A DNA stretch of 64,000 bases from Oceanococcus sp. (GTDB lineage Bacteria; Pseudomonadota; Gammaproteobacteria; Nevskiales; Oceanococcaceae), in the NCBI GenBank assembly GCA_041619555.1, contig JBFKDQ010000005.1:31004-95003 (forward strand), in the 5' to 3' direction. The notes beneath the pieces are model-generated. The model was not told where the DNA came from and searched no databases. It saw nothing but the letters and a program-made list of their open reading frames with translations. How positions within the stretch are numbered: position 1 is the stretch's first letter; every line of letters begins with the position of its first letter. A program made the translations under genes and the position numbers. Positions 27,057-37,218 of the stretch are shown here, in pieces.

Positions 27057-29483
27057 ATGTCTGTCACACGTCTTGCAGCGAGCTCATCATCATCCGCCTC
27101 GGCAGGCCGATTGGTCACCACAGCCGGGGCAGCCCTGCTGCTTGCGCCCGTGCTCGCTTACGCCGAACCGGCGCAGGATGCCGGCATCGGACAGACAGCC
27201 GAAGCCGGTGCGGCCGCCCGGCAACCGTCGACGAGCGAGAACGTAATCACTCTCGAGGAAGACAAACCGCTCTTAAACACCCCACGCCGTCCGCCAGTGA
27301 CTCTGGAAGAAATCGTCGTGACCGCGCAGAAGCGCCCGCAAGCGCTGGGTGATGTGCCCATCTCCGTGACCGCCGTGGACGGCGCAAAATTGCAGGACAG
27401 CGGCATTGAAAATCTCACCGATCTGTCCGAATACGCGCCCAATTTCAAACTCGTCGACAGCGGCCTGATCCCCAATGTGTACATGCGCGGGGTCGGCTCG
27501 GGTTCGAATCAGGGCTTCGAGCTTTCAGTCGGCATCTTTGCCGATGGCATTCATCTGGGGCGGCCACATCAGAGTCGCGCCGCCTTCATGGACGTTGAAC
27601 GGGTCGAAGTGCTGCGTGGGCCGCAATCGATCCTCTTCGGCAAGAACGCGATCGCCGGCGCGCTGAACATCATTTCCGCCCGCCCCGGCAGCGAGACCGA
27701 AGCCCAACTCAGCGGTGCGCTGGGCCTGCTGGCGGATGACACGGAAATGGCGGCCGTGCTTTCCGGCCCCCTCACCTCGTGGCTGGGCGCCCGACTGGCC
27801 CTGCGCCAGCGTGGCGAACAGGGCGATCTTGAGAACCCGCTGCAGGAGCGCAAAGAGCCCGGCGTGGACGAACAGGCCGCCCGCCTGACCCTCGACCTGT
27901 GGCCGGATGGTGACTGGAGCAGCAGCCTCAAACTGGAACGCACACGCCGCGAACAGCGCGGCCGCCGCTTCCAGACCACAGCTCCGGGTTCCCTGACCCG
28001 CTGTACCGGTGAGGATGTCCGTCTCGACCGCGCCAAGGTCACCGATGCGCGTGAAGTCGCCCGCATCGAAGCCTTTAATATCACCCTGAGCACGGATAAG
28101 GAATTGGCGGATGGCGAACTGAGCCTGGTGTCCGGATACAACGGCTTTGACTCCAGCGATCTATTCGATGCCGACTCCAGCAGTCTGGATACTCTGGCCC
28201 TGCTCGGCGAGGAAAGATATCGCCAGTTCAGTCAGGAAATCCGCTATGCCGCCAGCACCGTGGGCGTCCTCGACTATACGGTCGGCGCCTTCTTCCAGCG
28301 GGGCGATCTCAACTTCTATGAATTCGGCCCGACCAAAGCTCGCGCCGGCGCCCTGAGCGACAGCCCGAGTTGCGATGCCAATCTGGAGGTCATCGCGGCG
28401 GCCGATCTGGAACGTGACTTCCGGATCGACGGCGACGCCTGGTCGCTATTTGCCCAGACGACCTTCTGGTGGTCGCACGCCTGGCGCACCACCCTGGGCC
28501 TGCGTTACGTCCACGAGACCAAACGCGGCTACCGGCGTTTCGACATTTACGAGCCCGGCACGCGGCAGCAGGCCAATCCGGCCACCTTGCTCGCGCTCGA
28601 CCGACTCCTGATCAATGAACACGAACTGCAGCGCAGCCGTGAGGTCAGCAATCTGCTGCCCTCAGTCAACCTGCAATTTGACTGGAACGACGACGTGATG
28701 CATTACCTCGCCTACACCCAGGGAGCCAAGTCTGGCAGTTATGATGCCCGCAACAACAATGGCAACACCGATGCCAGTGGCGGCGCCACCCGCTTCGAAT
28801 TCGATGACGAGGTGGCCGATGCCTTCGAACTCGGTAGCAAGCTGCGCCTGCTGCAGGGTGCGGCAAGTCTCAATCTGGCTCTCTACCATGTCCGCTACAA
28901 GGACATGCAGGTCAGCGTCTACGATGGCGTCGCCGGCTTTACCGTGACCAATGCCGGCAGTGCCCTCACCCAGGGCCTGGAGATCGATGGCCGATGGCTG
29001 TTCAGCGAATCCTTGAGTTTCAATGCCTCGCTGGCCTTGCTTGACTTCGAATGGCTGGATTACGTCGACGGCCCCTGCCATGCCAATTCCGACAATGTGG
29101 ATCCGGATACCGGCACCTGTGACATGACCGGCAAGGAGAATCAGCAAACCCCCAAGCTGACCGGCAGCCTGTCGGCAAGCTACATTCACCCCATGCCGAA
29201 TGCGCACTGGCTTTCCCTCACCCTGGATGCCAGCTATCGAGGGCGCCACTACACCTCCGGCGACCTGGACCCGCGTGGCACCCAAAATGCCCTGGCCCGC
29301 TACAACGCCCGCCTGTCATACGGACCTGCGGACGATCACTGGGCCATCGCCCTGGTCGGCAAGAATCTCGGCGACGCGTTGAGTATCGGCATCGGCGCAC
29401 CAACCTCGCTGGATCTCGGCGGTTACCGCGTGGCGACCGAATCGAGCCGCAGCCTCGCGCTGGAGTTTCGCTCGCGCTTCTAG
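27057..29483 (+). CDS. TonB-dependent receptor
   Basis: TonB box-like LEEIVVTAQKR, plug DVPISVTA and ERVEVLRGPQSILFGKNAIAGALNI, C-terminal aromatic (RSRF); GGAG upstream of ATG 27057. Confidence 0.92.
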   Translation: MSVTRLAASSSSSASAGRLVTTAGAALLLAPVLAYAEPAQDAGIGQTAEAGAAARQPSTSENVITLEEDKPLLNTPRRPPVTLEEIVVTAQKRPQALGDVPISVTAVDGAKLQDSGIENLTDLSEYAPNFKLVDSGLIPNVYMRGVGSGSNQGFELSVGIFADGIHLGRPHQSRAAFMDVERVEVLRGPQSILFGKNAIAGALNIISARPGSETEAQLSGALGLLADDTEMAAVLSGPLTSWLGARLALRQRGEQGDLENPLQERKEPGVDEQAARLTLDLWPDGDWSSSLKLERTRREQRGRRFQTTAPGSLTRCTGEDVRLDRAKVTDAREVARIEAFNITLSTDKELADGELSLVSGYNGFDSSDLFDADSSSLDTLALLGEERYRQFSQEIRYAASTVGVLDYTVGAFFQRGDLNFYEFGPTKARAGALSDSPSCDANLEVIAAADLERDFRIDGDAWSLFAQTTFWWSHAWRTTLGLRYVHETKRGYRRFDIYEPGTRQQANPATLLALDRLLINEHELQRSREVSNLLPSVNLQFDWNDDVMHYLAYTQGAKSGSYDARNNNGNTDASGGATRFEFDDEVADAFELGSKLRLLQGAASLNLALYHVRYKDMQVSVYDGVAGFTVTNAGSALTQGLEIDGRWLFSESLSFNASLALLDFEWLDYVDGPCHANSDNVDPDTGTCDMTGKENQQTPKLTGSLSASYIHPMPNAHWLSLTLDASYRGRHYTSGDLDPRGTQNALARYNARLSYGPADDHWAIALVGKNLGDALSIGIGAPTSLDLGGYRVATESSRSLALEFRSRF

Positions 29484-29715
29484 CAGCAGTGTGCTGAAAA
29501 TCTCCGATTTTCGACGGCCGGCGCGAAGAAGACGAGCTGATCCAATCGTGAACGCGGCATCGCCGGTCCGCAGCAGCCCTTGACCGCATGGGCTGTCTTG
29601 CTCATGCAACAAGAACTTGCGGCAAGGCCGGGCTTGGACGAACGATTTCTCAGTTCGTGCACCTCAGTCCAGGAAGTCTTTACGGCGGCCCTTGCCTGCA
29701 ACCCGAGGGAATTAC

Positions 29716-29806
29716 TGCACCAACGCAGTGTGAATTGCAGTGTTATGAGAAGCTTTGCACCATGCCGGCTCAAGCTTCGGCCGCGGCCGCGCACTGGCGT
29801 GGTGCA
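29716..29806. promoter_or_regulatory. Candidate NtrC-type enhancer binding sites (three)
   Basis: TGCACC-AACGC-AGTGTG (29716-29732), TGCACC-ATGCC-GGCTCA (29756-29772) and CGCACT-GGCGT-GGTGCA (29790-29806), against consensus TGCACC-N5-GGTGCA. Confidence 0.6.
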
Positions 29807-29853
29807 CGTTGCATGAATCCCCTTTTTTGCTGCGAATTCACACCACCAAATCT

Positions 29854-29869
29854 TGGCAAGCTCCTTGCT
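29854..29869 (+). promoter_or_regulatory. Sigma-54 (-24/-12) promoter of the TorF-like porin gene
   Basis: TGGCAAGCTCCTTGCT against consensus TGGCACG-N4-TTGCW: one mismatch, correct GG-to-GC spacing. Confidence 0.75.
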
Positions 29870-29976
29870 TAAGCCTTCCCAGATCGTGTCAAAAAGTCAC
29901 GACGGACCGTCAGACGCCGCCAGTTCAATGAGAGCGCCGCGGACTGATCATTTTTACCTGAAGGGAGTAACTAGCA

Positions 29977-30645
29977 GTGAGCACATTCAAAGGCATTACA
30001 ACCGCAGCATTGATTCTGGGCAGCAGCCTGACTGCAGCGCCGGCCCTGGCCGAAGTCAGCGGCAACATCGGCGTGGCATCGCAGTACATTTTCCGTGGCC
30101 TTTCCTTCGGCGACCCTCAGGTATCCGGCGGCATTGACTGGTCCGAAGGCAATCTCTACGCAGGCACCTGGATCTCCAGCGCCAACGGCGAGCAAGAAGT
30201 GGATTTCTATGGTGGCTGGGCCAATGATCTGTTCGATCTGGGCTACATCTATTACTACTTCCCCGGCACAGTCAGCGGCACCGCGGACGCCGCCGAAGTC
30301 TATGCCAGCGTCTCCTCCGGTCCCTTTTCCGCCGCCATCTGGTACGCCCCGGCCGGCTTTACCGGAACGCCGGATGACGAATATGTGTACGTCGAAGGCA
30401 ATCTCGACATTGCCCTGACCGAAAAGGCCACCTTGAGCCTGCATCTGGGCATGACCGAGAACACTGGCAAGGCCTATGACGGCGATGCCGATACGTCCTT
30501 CATGGACTATGCGCTGAGCCTGGGCTTCGGCGATCTGTCGGTCATGGTCTCCGCGATCGACTACGACTCCGCGGCCACCGCCCAGATGAAGAACGAGCCC
30601 ACCTTCACCGTGAGCTACGGCTGGTCCTTCGACGACATCATGTAA
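29977..30645 (+). CDS. TorF-family (TIGR02001-like) putative outer-membrane porin
   Basis: Signal peptide ending ALA; VSGNIGVASQYIFRGLS, QVSGGIDW, YAGTWIS, EVDFYGG, DLGYIYYYFPG motifs; GTG start with GGAG RBS. Confidence 0.85.
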   Translation: MSTFKGITTAALILGSSLTAAPALAEVSGNIGVASQYIFRGLSFGDPQVSGGIDWSEGNLYAGTWISSANGEQEVDFYGGWANDLFDLGYIYYYFPGTVSGTADAAEVYASVSSGPFSAAIWYAPAGFTGTPDDEYVYVEGNLDIALTEKATLSLHLGMTENTGKAYDGDADTSFMDYALSLGFGDLSVMVSAIDYDSAATAQMKNEPTFTVSYGWSFDDIM

Positions 30646-30686
30646 AACCCGTGGAGGACGCCGGCGGCGTCAACCATCGACACATC

Positions 30687-30720
30687 AGCCCCGCCCGCTT
30701 CGCGCGCGGGGCTTTCTTTT
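30687..30720. terminator. Rho-independent terminator between convergent genes
   Basis: AGCCCCGC...GCGGGGCT stem followed by TTCTTTT. Confidence 0.75.
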
Positions 30721-30733
30721 GCGCACGAGCGCT

Positions 30734-32284
30734 TCAATCTGGTGCAGAAGGCCCTCGCCAGGTCACGCCGTAGAGATCATGCCGGCGGTCTTTCAAATTC
30801 TGCACCGTGCCGTAGCGTCTGGCGGAACGCAGCTGTTCCAGATTTAGATCGGCGAAAGCCAGCATCTCGGTATTCTCCGTGCACTGCGCGGCAATCCCGT
30901 CCCGAGCGAAGGGAAAGTCACAGGGCGTCAGAATGGCGCTTTGGGCATAGTGGATGTCCATGTTCTGCACCCGTGGCAAATTGCCGACATTGCCGGCCGT
31001 CGCCACATAGATCTGGTTCTCGATCGCCCGGGCATGACAGCTGTAACGCACGCGCAGATGGCCTTGCCGCTCCTCGGTGGAATACGGCACGAAAATCATG
31101 TCCGCGCCCTGATCGACCAGATGCCGGGCCAGTTCCGGAAACTCCGAGTCATAACACACGAGCACGCCGATCGTGCCGCTGTCGGTCTCGATCGCACGCA
31201 GGTAATCGCCGCCCTGGATATGCCACCAGTAACGCTCGCCGGGGGTCGGATGCAGTTTGGGCTGCTCGTAGACCGCGCCGTCGCGCAGGAACACGTGCGC
31301 CACATTGAGCAGCCGCCCGTCTTCAGTCAAGGCCGGATGGGAGCCGCCGATGATGTTGACATTGAAGCGGATCGCCAAGCCTTGGAACAGATCCTCGATC
31401 TGGTCGTTGTATTGCGCAAGCCGCAGCATGGAGTCATGCGGCGTAAGGGCTTCATTCTCGATCGACAGCAGCTGACAGGCAAAGTATTCCGGAAAGACCA
31501 CGAAATCGCTCTTGTTGTCCGCCACCGCATCAACGAAATAGGTACAGATCCGGGCGAAATCATCGAAAGACTGGATCTTGCGTTGCTGGTACTGCACCAC
31601 CGCAATTCGCACCACATCCGGCGCGCGATCCGGCGAGGTGATCGCCTCCGTCAGCAGCTCCTCTTCCGCCGGATTGCGCCACAGCATGTGGGTGGCATAA
31701 CCCAGGGAATCGGTATCCGAAGGCAGATAGCCCGGCAGGACCCCCAGCAGATCGAATCCTTGCCGGATCTGAAAGGTGATCACCGGATCGCGCAGCTTGC
31801 GCTCGGCCACCGCCTGCGCATACGCCTCGGCCGACTCGAACTCCCGCTGCCGACGGGCATAGCTCGGCATGCGCCCGCCAAACACGATGCCCTTGAGATT
31901 AAGTTCCACGCACAACGCGCGGCGCGCAGAATACAGTCTTTCACCGAGTTTCAGGCCGCGGAAGTCCGGATCGACACAGACCTCGAAGCCGTACAGGTAA
32001 TCCCCATCCGGATCATCGGTGCTGCCGAAGCCGCCGCCGGAAATGCCGGCCCAGGTGTGTGGCGTCAGGGCGCGTTGCGCGGAGACCCGCAAGCTCGCGC
32101 AGTACCCCACAATTTCTCCATCATATTCGGCGACCAGTTGACCTTCGGCGAAATGATTTAAATGGCCCCGCAACTGATCCCGGGTATAGCCGTTGATCCC
32201 TGGATACACCTTGGCCACCAGACGGTGGATGCCACGCAGATCTTTCTTCTGCGCCTGTCGAATCGCAAGCTTGTGTTTTTTCAT
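30734..32284 (-). CDS. Bifunctional GNAT N-acetyltransferase / carbon-nitrogen hydrolase (YhcX-like)
   Basis: GNAT: VCVDPDFRGLKLGERLY. Nitrilase-fold triad: FPEY, QPKLH, VCYDSEF. Confidence 0.88.
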   Translation of the reverse strand: MKKHKLAIRQAQKKDLRGIHRLVAKVYPGINGYTRDQLRGHLNHFAEGQLVAEYDGEIVGYCASLRVSAQRALTPHTWAGISGGGFGSTDDPDGDYLYGFEVCVDPDFRGLKLGERLYSARRALCVELNLKGIVFGGRMPSYARRQREFESAEAYAQAVAERKLRDPVITFQIRQGFDLLGVLPGYLPSDTDSLGYATHMLWRNPAEEELLTEAITSPDRAPDVVRIAVVQYQQRKIQSFDDFARICTYFVDAVADNKSDFVVFPEYFACQLLSIENEALTPHDSMLRLAQYNDQIEDLFQGLAIRFNVNIIGGSHPALTEDGRLLNVAHVFLRDGAVYEQPKLHPTPGERYWWHIQGGDYLRAIETDSGTIGVLVCYDSEFPELARHLVDQGADMIFVPYSTEERQGHLRVRYSCHARAIENQIYVATAGNVGNLPRVQNMDIHYAQSAILTPCDFPFARDGIAAQCTENTEMLAFADLNLEQLRSARRYGTVQNLKDRRHDLYGVTWRGPSAPD

Positions 32285-32475
32285 GCGCGAATCTTGAGGC
32301 CGCAGGGCGCGTCGCGCAAATTGGCCGGCACGACCTTGAACCGCACCAGACCGTACACTGCTCATCCGTACTCCCTCGAGACGAACTGGAGAATCTCCGA
32401 TCGCGTCGATTTTCCAATTCTGGCAACTCGGCCATACTGCTCACTCCAATCGACGAGAAGACGCCGGAGAACGGA

Positions 32476-34377
32476 GTGCTGCGAACGCCCCACATCGTCC
32501 TTGCCCTCACCGCCATGGTCTCAGGTGGCGCACTGCATGCGGATCTGCCCGCGGACCTGACGCAACTCAGTCTGGAAGATCTGCTCAGCATCCAGGTGAC
32601 ATCGGTCTCCAAACAGCCGGAAACCCTGGCGACCGCCGCCGCATCGGTGCACGTCCTAAGCGGCGAGGACATCCGGCGCAGCGGGTCCCGCAGCCTGCCC
32701 GAGGCCCTGCGACTGGTGCCCGGGCTGCATGTGGCGCGGATTGACGGCCAGCGCTGGGCGATCAGCAGCCATGGTTTCAACGGCATCTATGCGGACAAAC
32801 TGGAGGTGCTCATTGATGGCCGGAGCATCTACTCTCCGTTGTTCTCAGGCGTGTTCTGGGATACCCAGGACATTTTCATGCCGGACATCGACAGGATCGA
32901 GGTCATTCGTGGCCCCTCCGCAGCGCTCTGGGGTTCCAATGCGGTCAATGGCGTGATCAATATCGTGACCCGCCAGGCGGCGCAGACCCAGGGCCTGCTC
33001 ACCTATGCCGGCGGCGGCAATGTGCAGACTGCGTTTGCCGGTCTGCGACAGGGCGGCGAGATCGATTCACGCACGCATTGGCGCGCGTATGCCAAGCACT
33101 GGCAACGTGCGGCACAGCGGACCGAAAGTGGTGCTGATGCCGAAGACGGCCTGCAATCCCTGCAGGCGGGCCTGCGCCTCGAACGCCGGCTCAATGCCAG
33201 CGAGCGCCTGCTCCTCAGCGGCGATGGCTACACAACCCGCACCGAACAGCCCGCAGGCGGCGCCAATCCGGAAGGCCGCGACGACGACCAGAACGGCGCC
33301 CATCTGCTGGCGCGCTGGTCCCGCAGCCGTTCCGCGGAATCCGAGCTCACGGCCCAGTTCTTCTGGGATCACACCGAACGCACCCAGACCGGGGTTTTCG
33401 GCGAGAAACGCGACACCTGGGACCTGCAAATCCAGCAAAGACTGGACTGGAATCATCGTCACCAACTGACGCTGGGCGCCGGCTACCGCATTTCCAAGGA
33501 CGAGCAAAGCAACTCTCCGCTCGTGATCTTCACGCCGGATGCCCGCACCATCAACAACGCCAATGTCTTCATCAGCCACCGCTACCAGGCCTCGGATGCC
33601 ACCGCACTGATTCTCGGTGCTCGGCTCGAAAATAATGAATTCACCGGCTTCGACTCTCAACCCAGCCTGAAACTCAGCCATCGTATCAACGATCGGGTCT
33701 TTGCCTGGTTCGCCTCGTCCCGGGCCCTGCGTCTGCCCACCCGCCTGGACAACGATGTGCTGGTTCCCATTCCGGACTTCGGCATCCAGGGCAATCGTGA
33801 CTTCCAACCGGAAAGCCTGCTGGCCAACGAACTGGGATTGCGTTGGGCGCTCAGCCCGGCGCTCAGCTTCGACCTGTCTGGTTTCTACAATCAGTATGGC
33901 AATCTGCGTGGCACGGAACCGCTCGCCGCGCCGGAGATTCCGCTGATCGTCAACAATCACGAAGCCGACAGCGCCGGCTTCGACCTGAGCGCCCGCTGGG
34001 AGGCCAGCGCACAGCTGAGGCTGCATTTTGCGTACAGCTATCTTGACCTGGACCTCAAGCCCAAAGGCGATACCGCGGATACCCAGACCGAACGCGCTGA
34101 AGGCCTGGCACCCCGGCATCAGCTCTGGCTGCGCGGACACTGGCAGGCCGGCCCACGCTGGTCGCTGGCCGCTCATCTGCGCCATGTCGATGGCTTGCCG
34201 GCGGCCCAGGTGCCGGCTTTCACCGATCTGGGCCTGCGTCTGGCCTGGCAGTTCAGGCCCCGGCTGGAAATCGCACTCACAGGAGAAAACCTGCTGGACG
34301 GCCAGCGCCGGGAATGGGAACTGGATTCCGAAGTGGAGCGCGGCGTCTACCTGGAATTCAGTTGGCGCCCGGAATGA
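32476..34377 (+). CDS. TonB-dependent receptor (plug plus barrel)
   Basis: LSLEDLLSIQVTSVSK, IDRIEVIRGPSAALWGSNAVNGVINI, C-terminal YLEFSW; GGAGA RBS. Confidence 0.9.
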   Translation: MLRTPHIVLALTAMVSGGALHADLPADLTQLSLEDLLSIQVTSVSKQPETLATAAASVHVLSGEDIRRSGSRSLPEALRLVPGLHVARIDGQRWAISSHGFNGIYADKLEVLIDGRSIYSPLFSGVFWDTQDIFMPDIDRIEVIRGPSAALWGSNAVNGVINIVTRQAAQTQGLLTYAGGGNVQTAFAGLRQGGEIDSRTHWRAYAKHWQRAAQRTESGADAEDGLQSLQAGLRLERRLNASERLLLSGDGYTTRTEQPAGGANPEGRDDDQNGAHLLARWSRSRSAESELTAQFFWDHTERTQTGVFGEKRDTWDLQIQQRLDWNHRHQLTLGAGYRISKDEQSNSPLVIFTPDARTINNANVFISHRYQASDATALILGARLENNEFTGFDSQPSLKLSHRINDRVFAWFASSRALRLPTRLDNDVLVPIPDFGIQGNRDFQPESLLANELGLRWALSPALSFDLSGFYNQYGNLRGTEPLAAPEIPLIVNNHEADSAGFDLSARWEASAQLRLHFAYSYLDLDLKPKGDTADTQTERAEGLAPRHQLWLRGHWQAGPRWSLAAHLRHVDGLPAAQVPAFTDLGLRLAWQFRPRLEIALTGENLLDGQRREWELDSEVERGVYLEFSWRPE

Positions 34378-34460
34378 TCAGCTAGACTTCTGCTGAGGGA
34401 TTGTGGCTTCCCGGGCAGGCGGCAAGGGCTGTCTGCTTTGCATGCAGATTCGGAGCACAG

Positions 34461-37193
34461 ATGATCAAGCCGCCACTGAGTGAGAACTGGCACGCCCTGA
34501 GCACCGAGGACACCCTCAGCGCGCTGGACAGTCAGTTGCAGGGACTGGCCTCGGACGAAGCCGGGCGCCGGCAGTCCGAGTTCGGCCCGAATCGATTAAG
34601 CCCTCCTGGTACGCGGAGCAGTTTGCGGCGCTTCATCGCCCAGTTCGACAATCTGCTGATTCATGTCCTGCTCGCCGCCGGCGTGATCACGCTACTGCTG
34701 GGTCACCGCATCGACGCCGGCGTAATTTTCGGCGTGGTCCTGATCAATGGGGTGATCGGCTTCATCCAGGAAGGCAAGGCAGAACGTGCCCTGGACGCGG
34801 TGCGCTCGCTGCTTTCCCAGCAGGCCACGGTGCTGCGTGGCGGACATCGCGTGACTCTGCCGGTGGAACAGCTGGTTCCCGGCGACATCGTTTTCGTTCA
34901 GTCCGGCGACCGGGTGCCGGCCGATCTACGCCTGCTGAAACTTCGAGAACTGCGCATCGACGAGGCCATCCTGACCGGTGAATCGATGCCGAGCGCCAAA
35001 CTGGGCGACCCCGTCCGCAGCGATGCGCCGCTCGGTGATCGACGCGATATGGCCTATGCCGGCTGTGTAGTCACCTACGGACAGGGCACCGGTGTGGTGA
35101 CCGCCACCGGGGATGCCACGGAGATTGGGCGCATCAGCGCGATGCTGGCGGAAGTTGAGACCCTGAGCACCCCGCTCACCCAGCAGATGTCCCGATTCGC
35201 CCGCATGCTAACCGGCGCCATTCTCGCCATCGCGACCCTCACGGCCCTGCTCGGCGTTCTGCTGCATGGCTTCCCGGCCAGTGAAATGTTTCTAGCCGCC
35301 GTCGGTCTGGCCGTCGCCGCCATTCCCGAAGGCCTGCCGGCCATCATCACCATTACGCTGGCCATCGGCGTTCAGCGCATGGCGGCGCGCAACGCCATCA
35401 TTCGTCGGCTGCCGGCAGTTGAAACCCTCGGCTCCGTGACGGTGATCTGTTCGGACAAGACCGGCACGCTGACCCGTAACGAAATGACGGTGCAGACGGT
35501 CACCACGCGGGCGCATCGCTATGACATCGACGGGGTGGGCTATGACCCCCACGGCGGCTTCAGCATGGATGGCCGGGAAGTTTCGACCGACAGCCAACCC
35601 GTGCTGCTGGAGCTGTGTCGCGCGGGCTTGCTGTGCAACGATTCAGCGATCCTCAACGAGGGTGGGCGCTGGCGCATTCAGGGCGACCCCATGGAGGCGG
35701 CCCTGGTCGTCCTGGGGCGCAAGGCCGGCCTGGAGCCCGGCCGCCAGGCCGAGGACCTGCCGCGCTGCGACGTCATCCCGTTCGAATCCGAACATCGCTT
35801 CATGGCGACCCTGCATCATGATCATGCCGGCCACTGGTTCGTCTACCTCAAGGGGGCGCCCGAAGTGATCTTCGCGCGTTGCGCCTGGCAGCGAGACGAG
35901 TCCGGTGACAGCGCCTTTGAGCCGGAACACTGGCTGGCCGAACTGGAGTCCATCGGCCAACGCGGCCAGCGCGCCCTGGCCATTGCAGTGCGCCCGCTGC
36001 CGACGGCCCAGCAGACACTGGCGTTTGAAGATGTCGCGCAGAATCTGTCGCTGCTGGGCCTGGTCGGCATCATCGACCCGCCCAGAAGTGAGGCGATCGA
36101 AGCGGTCGCCCAGTGCCGCAACGCGGGCATCCGCGTGAAGATGATCACCGGCGACCACGCCAGCACCGCCTCGGCCATCGCCCGTAGCATGGGCATCAGC
36201 GAGAACGGACAGGTGCTGAGCGGCAACGAACTCGACCAGATCGAGCCAGGCCAACTACAGGCGAAGGCGGCAGAGGTCGATGTTTTCGCGCGTGCCAGTC
36301 CCGAACACAAATTGCGCCTGGTCTCCGCCTTGCAGGCCCGCGGCGAGGTGGTCGCCATGACTGGCGACGGCGTCAATGACGCCCCCGCCCTGAAACGCGC
36401 AAACGTCGGCGTGGCGATGGGCATGAAGGGCACCGAGGCGGCCAAGGAGGCCGCCGAGATGGTGCTCGCAGACGACAATTTCGCCTCCATTGCGGCCGCC
36501 GTGCATGAAGGCCGCACGGTCTACGACAACATCAAAAAATCCATCATGTTCATCCTGCCGACCAACGGCGGCGAGGCCTTGACCATCGTCGCCGCGGTCG
36601 CGCTCGGCCGGATGCTGCCGGTGACCCCCGCCCAGGTCTTGTGGGTCAACATGGTGACCGCCGTCACCCTGTCATTAGCCCTGGCGTTCGAACCTGGCGA
36701 ACCCGATCTGATGCGACGACCGCCCCGGGCCTCCGGCCGCGCCCTGCTTGATGGCTTCATGATCTGGCGGGTGCTGTATGTTTCCCTGCTGATGGTCTGC
36801 GCCACCTTCGGCCTGTTTTTGTGGGAACGCCTGCAGGGCACCCCGATCGATACGGCAAGGACGATTGCGGTGAACACCCTGGTCGTTGCCGAAGTGTTCT
36901 ACCTGTTCAACGCCCGTTTCCTGACCGCATCCTCACTCAACCTGCGCGCAGTGCTGGGCAATCGCTACATCCTGATCGCGATCGCCTGTGTCGGCGTCCT
37001 CCAGACCCTGTTCACCTATTTGCCCCTGATGCAGGGCTTTTTCGGCACCACCGCCATCAATCTGGCCGCCTGGACCCGCATTCTGGCCTGCGGCCTGAGC
37101 CTGCTGTTGCTGGTGGAACTGGAAAAACTGGCCTGGCGGCGATTTGCGCATCGCAAGGCCCCCGATCCGGCCGGAACGCCGGGCGCCGCCTGA
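34461..37193 (+). CDS. Cation-transporting P-type ATPase (P2A/PacL-CtpF-like)
   Basis: TGES, PEGL, DKTGTLT, KGAPE, MITGD, TGDGVND motifs; GGAG RBS before ATG 34461. Confidence 0.93.
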   Translation: MIKPPLSENWHALSTEDTLSALDSQLQGLASDEAGRRQSEFGPNRLSPPGTRSSLRRFIAQFDNLLIHVLLAAGVITLLLGHRIDAGVIFGVVLINGVIGFIQEGKAERALDAVRSLLSQQATVLRGGHRVTLPVEQLVPGDIVFVQSGDRVPADLRLLKLRELRIDEAILTGESMPSAKLGDPVRSDAPLGDRRDMAYAGCVVTYGQGTGVVTATGDATEIGRISAMLAEVETLSTPLTQQMSRFARMLTGAILAIATLTALLGVLLHGFPASEMFLAAVGLAVAAIPEGLPAIITITLAIGVQRMAARNAIIRRLPAVETLGSVTVICSDKTGTLTRNEMTVQTVTTRAHRYDIDGVGYDPHGGFSMDGREVSTDSQPVLLELCRAGLLCNDSAILNEGGRWRIQGDPMEAALVVLGRKAGLEPGRQAEDLPRCDVIPFESEHRFMATLHHDHAGHWFVYLKGAPEVIFARCAWQRDESGDSAFEPEHWLAELESIGQRGQRALAIAVRPLPTAQQTLAFEDVAQNLSLLGLVGIIDPPRSEAIEAVAQCRNAGIRVKMITGDHASTASAIARSMGISENGQVLSGNELDQIEPGQLQAKAAEVDVFARASPEHKLRLVSALQARGEVVAMTGDGVNDAPALKRANVGVAMGMKGTEAAKEAAEMVLADDNFASIAAAVHEGRTVYDNIKKSIMFILPTNGGEALTIVAAVALGRMLPVTPAQVLWVNMVTAVTLSLALAFEPGEPDLMRRPPRASGRALLDGFMIWRVLYVSLLMVCATFGLFLWERLQGTPIDTARTIAVNTLVVAEVFYLFNARFLTASSLNLRAVLGNRYILIAIACVGVLQTLFTYLPLMQGFFGTTAINLAAWTRILACGLSLLLLVELEKLAWRRFAHRKAPDPAGTPGAA

Positions 37194-37218
37194 TTGCGAC
37201 GCGCCGCAAGGACCGCGA

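Noticed and set aside
29496-32401. GA(A/G)AATCTCCGAT occurring at 29496 and 32389
   Set aside because: Only two short copies in different contexts (a post-gene hairpin and a divergent promoter gap); compatible with chance.
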